DNA of 64,000 nt from Deltaproteobacteria bacterium (lineage in GTDB: Bacteria > SZUA-79 > Acidulodesulfobacterales > Acidulodesulfobacteraceae), in NCBI GenBank assembly GCA_023381755.1, contig JAMCUF010000019.1:1747-65746 (forward strand). Direction: 5' to 3'. Position 1 is the stretch's first letter. The number at the start of each line of letters is the position of its first letter. The notes below the pieces were generated by a model, which had not been told where the DNA came from, ran no database searches, and saw nothing but the letters and a program-made list of their open reading frames with translations. Made by a program: the position numbers and the translations under genes. Of the stretch, positions 58,128 through 64,000 are shown one piece after another.

Positions 58128-58952
58128 ATGGAAAATATTTATTTACCCAAATTAGCAGAAATAAAGGAAATCATTCAGGAGACTAAAGACACTAAAACAA
58201 TCCGCCTTACCATAAACGGCAGCGACATTTATTTTTTACCGGGCCAGTTCGGCGAGTTTTCGGTTATAGGAGAAGGGGAGTCAACCTTCGGATTTTCATC
58301 GTCCCCGCTAAGAAAAGAGTTTTTTGAATTTAGTTTCAGAACTTCCGGCCGGGCAACCACAGGCATAAACGGATTAAACCCCGGCGATAAGCTATCATTC
58401 AGAGGGCCTTACGGGAACTATTTCGATACATCAAAAATGAAGGGCAAAAATCTTATCTTTATCGGCGGCGGTATCGGCATGGCGCCCGTGAAATCAATTT
58501 TGGAATACTGTTTTGATGAAAGGGACGATTACGGCAAAATAACCGTTTTATACGGCGCAAGAACCGTGGGCGACCTTTTATATAAAAATGCCTTTGACGA
58601 TTGGAGGAAATATAAAAATACCGAAGTGGTTATCACCGTTGACCCGGGCGGTGAAACCGCGGATTGGACGGGGAAAACCGGTTTTGTTCCCGCCATTCTT
58701 GAGCAGCTTCCGCTTAAAGGGGAAAATAGTATTGCTATTGTTTGCGGACCCCCGGTTATGATAAAATTTGCATTAAAGTCCTTAGAGGAAAAGATGGGTT
58801 TTGACAAAAAAGATATTATTACGACCCTTGAAAACAGGATGAAATGCGGGTTGGGCAAATGCGGGAGATGCAATGTGGGAAGCGTTTATGTCTGTAAAGA
58901 CGGCCCTGTTTTTACGGCAGAAGAACTCGAAAACCTTCCCAACGACTTTTAA
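58128..58952 (+). CDS. FAD/NAD(P)H-binding oxidoreductase with C-terminal [2Fe-2S], FlxA-equivalent (AsrB/PyrK-like)
   Basis: FNR-like fold (PGQF.EF, GGGIGMAP, CGPP.M) and the C-terminal C.LGKCGRC......C cluster motif. Confidence 0.7.
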   Translation: MENIYLPKLAEIKEIIQETKDTKTIRLTINGSDIYFLPGQFGEFSVIGEGESTFGFSSSPLRKEFFEFSFRTSGRATTGINGLNPGDKLSFRGPYGNYFDTSKMKGKNLIFIGGGIGMAPVKSILEYCFDERDDYGKITVLYGARTVGDLLYKNAFDDWRKYKNTEVVITVDPGGETADWTGKTGFVPAILEQLPLKGENSIAIVCGPPVMIKFALKSLEEKMGFDKKDIITTLENRMKCGLGKCGRCNVGSVYVCKDGPVFTAEELENLPNDF

Positions 58953-58957
58953 TATTT

Positions 58958-60886
58958 ATGCAACTATTAATCATTCATGCAGATGAATTCAGTTATTCTT
59001 TAACGGGAAAAACTGCGATTGCCGAAGAAGCGGTCCCAAATCTTCTTGGGGAACCGGAAAATGTTTTTAAAGAGCCTTTAGTAGTTTTTTGTACCGTTGA
59101 AAAAAGCGATGCCGTTGATTTTAATACAATCGTTAAAAAGGCCTTTTATGAAATAACCGGTATTGCCCTTAGGTTAAAGCCGCAAATGTTAGTCTTATAC
59201 CCGTATGCCCACCTTTCTGACAGTTTGGCGGAGCCGGCCTTGGCCGTTGATATCCTTAATGCCTTAAAGGGCGAGCTCGAATCCTCATATCCCGTGCATA
59301 GGGCGCCTTTCGGCTGGTATAAAAGCTTTAAAATGTCCTGCAAGGGCCATCCGCTCAGCGAATCATCGCGGCATATTACGGGAGCGCCGGCTGGCGAAGC
59401 GGGAAAGCCCGCATTATTCCCGAAAAAAACAAGAGAAGAAGCGGTAAAAGATGTCGAAAGCGAGTTTTTCATTTTGGATTATAATGGCGCCGAGGTCAAA
59501 ATAGATTTAAACGATAAAAAAATATTAAACGGTGATGCGCTTAAAGATTTCCCGTCTTTAAGAAAGGTCATCGCTTTTGAAGAATTCAAAATTAAAGACG
59601 GGCAGACTCCCCCTTCCGTTTCGGCCATGAAGCGTTTAGAAATTGCCGGCCACGATGAAAACTCGGATTCGGGTCATTTAAGGCTCTACCCGAAAGGTAC
59701 GCTGTTATACAGGCTTTTATCCGATTGGGCGGAAGATATTGCCCTAAATCAGCTAAAGTGCATGGAGATCGAAACCCCCCTGATATATAACTGGAATAAA
59801 CCAGAGATTAAGGGGCAAGGGGAATCCTTCCATGAGCGGCATTATACCGTTTTTGTCCCGGATGAAAAGACCGAAGCCGGCGGATTTGCGAAAGGCAAGG
59901 AATTTGTTTTGAGATTTGCGGGTGATTTTGGGCTTTTTTCAATGCTCAAGGATACAAAAATTAGTTATAAACAACTGCCGTTGAGGTTTTATGAATCCTC
60001 AAAAAGTTTTCGGTACGAAAAAAGCGGAGAGCTATCCGGTTTGAGAAGGTTAAGGGGCTTTACGATGCCGGATATTCATAGTTTTTGCCTCAATTTAGAA
60101 GAGGGTTTTAACGAATACGGGGAACTTTATAAAAAATATTCCGATTTGGCAGAGGCTGCAAAAATAGAATATGCCGTTGTTTTTAGAATAGTTAAGGAGT
60201 ATTATAATAGATACAAGGATAAGATTGTCGAGCTTTTAAGATATTCAAAAAAGCCGGCCCTTATCGAAACATTGTCGAGGATGAAACATTACTGGGCACT
60301 TAAACACGAGTTTCAGGGAGTGGATTCAGTGGGCGGTTCCTGCCAGCTTTCCACAGTCCAACTCGATGTGGAAGATGCCAAAAGGTATGGCATAAATTTT
60401 GTAAATGAAAACGGTGAAAAGGAGGGATGCATAATTTGCCATTCTTCGGTTGGCGCGATAGAAAGGTGGATGTATCTTATTCTCGAGGAGGCCCTCAAAA
60501 AAGCTATTCCCGTTTTACCCTTGTGGCTTAGCCCCACGCAGATAAGGATTATTCCGGTATCAGGTAAATTTCTGGATTTTACGGTTAAACTCAAAGAAAA
60601 ACTTTTTAGCTCCGGCATAAGGACCGATATCGACGATAGGGATTTTAGCCTTGGCAAAAAGATTATGTTTGCCGAAGAAGAGTGGATTCCCCATATAGTC
60701 GTTATAGGACATAAAGAGGTGGAAGGCGGGGCTTTGTCAGTTAGGAACAGATATAAGGAAAGAAAGAATTTTAATATCAGCGAAGAAGAGTTGATAAAGG
60801 AAATTAAAGATGAAACTAAAGGCATGCCGTACAGGAACTTAATTCTTCCCGACATGGTTTCAAAAAGACCTATATTTGTCGGTTAG
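58958..60886 (+). CDS. thrS: threonyl-tRNA synthetase, archaeal type (N-terminal DTD-like editing domain)
   Basis: The N-terminus MQLLIIHADEFSY..., YPYAHLSDSLAEPALAVDIL and APFGWYKSFKMSCKGHPLSESSR closely mirrors the Pyrococcus-type ThrRS editing domain. Class II motifs RYEKSGELSGLRRLRGFTMPD and SSVGAIERW, followed by an anticodon-binding domain. Confidence 0.9.
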   Translation: MQLLIIHADEFSYSLTGKTAIAEEAVPNLLGEPENVFKEPLVVFCTVEKSDAVDFNTIVKKAFYEITGIALRLKPQMLVLYPYAHLSDSLAEPALAVDILNALKGELESSYPVHRAPFGWYKSFKMSCKGHPLSESSRHITGAPAGEAGKPALFPKKTREEAVKDVESEFFILDYNGAEVKIDLNDKKILNGDALKDFPSLRKVIAFEEFKIKDGQTPPSVSAMKRLEIAGHDENSDSGHLRLYPKGTLLYRLLSDWAEDIALNQLKCMEIETPLIYNWNKPEIKGQGESFHERHYTVFVPDEKTEAGGFAKGKEFVLRFAGDFGLFSMLKDTKISYKQLPLRFYESSKSFRYEKSGELSGLRRLRGFTMPDIHSFCLNLEEGFNEYGELYKKYSDLAEAAKIEYAVVFRIVKEYYNRYKDKIVELLRYSKKPALIETLSRMKHYWALKHEFQGVDSVGGSCQLSTVQLDVEDAKRYGINFVNENGEKEGCIICHSSVGAIERWMYLILEEALKKAIPVLPLWLSPTQIRIIPVSGKFLDFTVKLKEKLFSSGIRTDIDDRDFSLGKKIMFAEEEWIPHIVVIGHKEVEGGALSVRNRYKERKNFNISEEELIKEIKDETKGMPYRNLILPDMVSKRPIFVG

Positions 60887-60961
60887 CCAGTTATATTTTA
60901 TATTGCATAATATAATTTGCATAATGTATTTATAATTTAATAAATTAATAAGAGGATTTTA

Positions 60962-62200
60962 ATGGATAATGCGGCGGGCAATTTTGTTATAGAGGATGAA
61001 ACTCCGGTAAAAAAAAGGGTCAATTTAAAATTAGACGATGAAAGGACGAACGAGCTCTTAAAAAAGAAGCTGGAGGTTGCGGCTAAAAGGTCGAATATCA
61101 AAGGCTTCAGGCCGGGGAAGGCCCCGTTATCCGTTATTAAAAAGTTTTATGAGGCGGAACTTCTTGAAGAAGCGGCAGGGGAGATTTTAAATGAGGATTT
61201 TAAAAAAATATTGGCCGAAAAGGAGCTATTTGTTGTCGGAACTCCGAAGGTGGAGAGAAGAAATGGTAAAGAATATACCATCCATTTCGAGGTTATGCCC
61301 TCCTTGAAAAATTTAAATTTGGATTTAAAGATTAAAGAGGTTAAGAAAAGGCCTATTACTGGCGAAGTTATTGAAGATGAAATTAATTTTCTGCTTGAAC
61401 GGATAGCGGATAGCGAAAAGATAGACGATTTTGTTGTAATAAACAATAATGACAGGTATTTTATTAAAATAGATTATATTACTCTTGACGAAGAAGGTAA
61501 GGAGGTGGATAACGCGAAGGACTATTTGATAAGCCTTAACTCAAACATTATCGATAAGTCGTTTGAAGCCGTTTTTATAGGTAAAAAGAAGGGCGATAAC
61601 TTTGAGTATAACGACAAAGAAAGAAATGTTACGGTAAAAGGGGTTATTAAGGGGATGGATAAAAAAATACTGCCCGAACTTAATGCGGAAACGGTTAAAA
61701 ATTTTGGCGATTTTAAAGGCATTGACGAATTCAGGGAATATGTCAAAAAAAACCTTGAAGAATATGAGGATAAAAGATATAAAGAAGCTGTCAGGTCGCA
61801 GGTCGCAGATGAACTTGTCAAACTTAATCCCCTGCCGCTGCCGCAAAGTATTGTCGAGGAAGATGCATTGGCAAGGCTTGAGGACTTAAAAAAACAGGGC
61901 AAATATAAAGACGCAGACGAAAAGCAAAAGGGCGATTTGATGAACATGCTTAAACTTATGGCGGAAAGAGATCTGGCATTATATCATTTGCTTTCAGAGA
62001 TTTCTAAAACAGAAGATATTAAGGTCGCCCCCGGCGATTTTGAAGAATTTTATAAGAAAACAGCAAAGGAATCGGGATTAAAAGAAGATGATGTAAAGGG
62101 TTTTTATGCATCTGAGGAGGCCGGCAATAATCTGAAACAAGCCTTGCTCGAGGATAAAATATTTGATTTTCTTGTTGCAAATAAGGTATCATACCTGTAA
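60962..62200 (+). CDS. tig: trigger factor
   Basis: Ribosome-binding signature GFRPGKAP, acidic multi-domain protein, tig-clpP-clpX synteny. Confidence 0.9.
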   Translation: MDNAAGNFVIEDETPVKKRVNLKLDDERTNELLKKKLEVAAKRSNIKGFRPGKAPLSVIKKFYEAELLEEAAGEILNEDFKKILAEKELFVVGTPKVERRNGKEYTIHFEVMPSLKNLNLDLKIKEVKKRPITGEVIEDEINFLLERIADSEKIDDFVVINNNDRYFIKIDYITLDEEGKEVDNAKDYLISLNSNIIDKSFEAVFIGKKKGDNFEYNDKERNVTVKGVIKGMDKKILPELNAETVKNFGDFKGIDEFREYVKKNLEEYEDKRYKEAVRSQVADELVKLNPLPLPQSIVEEDALARLEDLKKQGKYKDADEKQKGDLMNMLKLMAERDLALYHLLSEISKTEDIKVAPGDFEEFYKKTAKESGLKEDDVKGFYASEEAGNNLKQALLEDKIFDFLVANKVSYL

Positions 62201-62240
62201 CGGGCATATAAATACATAAGAAAAAAGGAGAATAATAAAA

Positions 62241-62840
62241 ATGTCGCTTGTGCCGATAGTAATAGAGCAAACGCACCGGGGGGAAAGGGCTTACGATATT
62301 TACTCCCGTCTTTTAAAAGATAGGATTATATTTGTCGGAGATGCGATAGATGACAACTTTGCCAATCTTATAATAGCGCAGCTACTTTTTCTTGAATCTG
62401 AAGACCCCGAAAAAGACATTAATATTTATATAAATTCTCCCGGGGGCATTATAACCTCCGGGCTTGCAATTTACGATACCATGCAATATATAAAACCCGA
62501 TGTCTCGACGCTATGCATGGGACAGGCGGCAAGCATGGGGGCACTTCTTTTAGCCGCAGGCGCAAAAGGAAAAAGGTTTGCCCTCCCTCATTCCAGGATT
62601 ATGATACATCAGCCGGCGGGCGGGTTTCAGGGGCAGGCTACGGATATCGACATACAGGCAAGGGAGATTCTTAGAATGAGGGAGGAGCTGAATCATATTT
62701 TAACTTTTCATACTTCTCAGCCTATAGATAAAATTCAGGTGGATACGGAAAGGGATTTTTATATGGGTGGCGCCGAGGCCGCTCAATATGGCATTATTGA
62801 CAGGGTTGTAGATAAGAAAGACATTAAAAGCATAAAGTAA
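62241..62840 (+). CDS. clpP: ATP-dependent Clp protease proteolytic subunit
   Basis: [24 protein letters not shown], catalytic Ser in [11 protein letters not shown] and D motifs. Confidence 0.95.
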   Translation: MSLVPIVIEQTHRGERAYDIYSRLLKDRIIFVGDAIDDNFANLIIAQLLFLESEDPEKDINIYINSPGGIITSGLAIYDTMQYIKPDVSTLCMGQAASMGALLLAAGAKGKRFALPHSRIMIHQPAGGFQGQATDIDIQAREILRMREELNHILTFHTSQPIDKIQVDTERDFYMGGAEAAQYGIIDRVVDKKDIKSIK

Positions 62841-62916
62841 TATAATAAAAATAAAACAAGCGCAAGGCATTTTTTTAATAAATATTTTTCAAATATTTAG
62901 GGTAAAAAAAGAGGTA

Positions 62917-64000
62917 ATTACATCGTCATTTATAATACACTATAACGGCAATAATGATAATTCCGGAAGAGAACTTTATTGTTCCTTTTGCGGTAAATCG
63001 CAAGATGAAGTCAGAAAACTAATTGCCGGCCCCTCCGTTTACATCTGCGATGAATGTATTAATCTTTGCAACGATATTATATCGGAGGAGAGCAAGCCTG
63101 CCTTGCCCGAAGGCATTAAAGTTAAAAACTGTCTTTATAAGCCGGTAGAAATCAAAAATTTTTTGGATCAGTATGTAATAGGCCAGGAAAAGGCAAAAAA
63201 GGTTCTTTCCGTTGCCGTTTACAATCATTATAAAAGGATTGAGCATAATCTTTCCGTTAAAAATCAGGAACATAATGCGGGACATAATCGAATTGAAAAT
63301 CAGCGAAGCTCAAAAGATAAAAATGGCGCGGACGTCGAGATGCAAAAAAGCAACATTTTAATAATAGGTCCCACCGGCAGCGGCAAAACCCTCTTAGCCC
63401 AAACACTCGCCCGCATGCTTGATTTGCCCTTCGCTCTGGCCGATGCCACAACCCTTACGGAAGCCGGTTATGTGGGTGAAGATGTCGAAAGCATTCTTCT
63501 TTCTCTTTTACAAAATGCCGATTACGATGTCGAAAGGGCTCAAAAGGGCATTATATACATCGATGAAATCGATAAGATAGCAAAAAAAACAGATAACGTT
63601 TCCATAACGAGGGACGTTTCGGGGGAAGGCGTCCAGCAGGCGCTTTTAAAAATAATCGAAGGAACGATTGCAAACGTTCCTCCGAAAGGGGGCAGAAAAC
63701 ATCCGCATCAAGAATTTTTAAGGATTGATACAAGCAATATTTTGTTTATTTGCGGAGGCGCTTTTAACGGTTTAGACAAGATTATCGAAAGAAGGGTCCA
63801 TTCCCAGCCGATAGGCTTCAACACAAACGTCAAGCTTAAATCCCCTAATCCTTACGAGATAATAAAGCAGACTGGAACGCAGGATTTATTGAAATTCGGG
63901 CTGATTCCCGAATTTATCGGGAGGCTTCCGGTCATAGCCACGCTTGAAGAATTAGACGAAAAGGCTCTCATCGAAATTTTAACAAAACCTAAAAACGCTT
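62917..64000 (+). CDS. clpX: ATP-dependent Clp protease ATP-binding subunit ClpX (3' end outside window, start codon unresolved)
   Basis: My own translation of the frame open from 62836 to the window end: [28 protein letters not shown] (zinc-binding domain), GPTGSGKT (Walker A), [10 protein letters not shown] (Walker B), [11 protein letters not shown]. Absent from the ORF track, presumably because it has no stop in the window and no ATG/GTG/TTG start. Confidence 0.85.
   Translation, partial: MTSSFIIHYNGNNDNSGRELYCSFCGKSQDEVRKLIAGPSVYICDECINLCNDIISEESKPALPEGIKVKNCLYKPVEIKNFLDQYVIGQEKAKKVLSVAVYNHYKRIEHNLSVKNQEHNAGHNRIENQRSSKDKNGADVEMQKSNILIIGPTGSGKTLLAQTLARMLDLPFALADATTLTEAGYVGEDVESILLSLLQNADYDVERAQKGIIYIDEIDKIAKKTDNVSITRDVSGEGVQQALLKIIEGTIANVPPKGGRKHPHQEFLRIDTSNILFICGGAFNGLDKIIERRVHSQPIGFNTNVKLKSPNPYEIIKQTGTQDLLKFGLIPEFIGRLPVIATLEELDEKALIEILTKPKNA

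Noticed and set aside
51981-58952. Selenocysteine (in-frame TGA) in the Hdr/MvhD/Flx proteins
   Set aside because: All seven ORFs are continuous and full length with Cys at the expected positions. There are no split ORFs flanking a TGA and no SECIS-like context to explain.
62954-62956. ATG 62954 as the clpX start codon
   Set aside because: It is in a different reading frame from the zinc-finger and AAA+ domains and terminates after 22 codons as the sequence stands. It is retained only as a hypothesis if a 1-nt indel exists (see finding).
1-64000. Mobile elements, prophage, defence islands (RM, TA, CBASS, Abi etc.), rRNA and tRNA genes
   Set aside because: No transposase, integrase, recombinase, phage structural, nuclease-helicase defence-type or toxin-antitoxin-like ORFs were recognised. 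No intergenic region shows tRNA-like cloverleaf sequence or rRNA-like conservation, and gene content is core housekeeping throughout.

Overview
AT-rich, densely packed bacterial chromosomal segment with about 57 protein genes and short intergenic gaps. The bacterial assignment rests on TolC, MacAB, DnaB, RNase III, Der, trigger factor and ClpP/ClpX. Content is mostly housekeeping. Translation and replication genes: queA, tmk-holB-PSP1/ricT-metG-tatD (Firmicutes-like synteny), rnc, der, rpsF-rpsR-DUF2232-rplI-dnaB, argS, thrS and tig-clpP-clpX. Sulfur and tRNA-thiolation genes: cysE-rrf2-nifS-mnmA-mtaB. Thiamine genes: thiE, thiC and thiD. There is one TolC-MacAB-type efflux operon. Anaerobic redox modules: an anchor-less SdhA/SdhB/HdrB-like (type E-like) succinate dehydrogenase/fumarate reductase, a complete hdrCBA-flxDCBA (Flx-Hdr) cluster, two rubredoxin-type proteins and several radical SAM enzymes. 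I saw no rRNA, tRNA, CRISPR array, transposase, integrase, phage gene or recognisable defence gene. I cannot point to a convincing, wholly new multi-gene system here. The items most worth follow-up are: (1) an archaeal-type threonyl-tRNA synthetase abutting the Flx-Hdr cluster in an otherwise bacterial context; (2) a protoglobin-like sensor fused to an HD-GYP phosphodiesterase, convergent with a Cache/HAMP/GAF/GGDEF cyclase; (3) a TatD hydrolase fused in frame to the TatD-associated radical SAM domain; (4) an 11-G homopolymer inside a C-rich/G-rich hairpin between flxD and flxC; (5) a clpX reading frame with no canonical start codon. All functional calls come from motif and family recognition by eye on the supplied translations. 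No database search was run.
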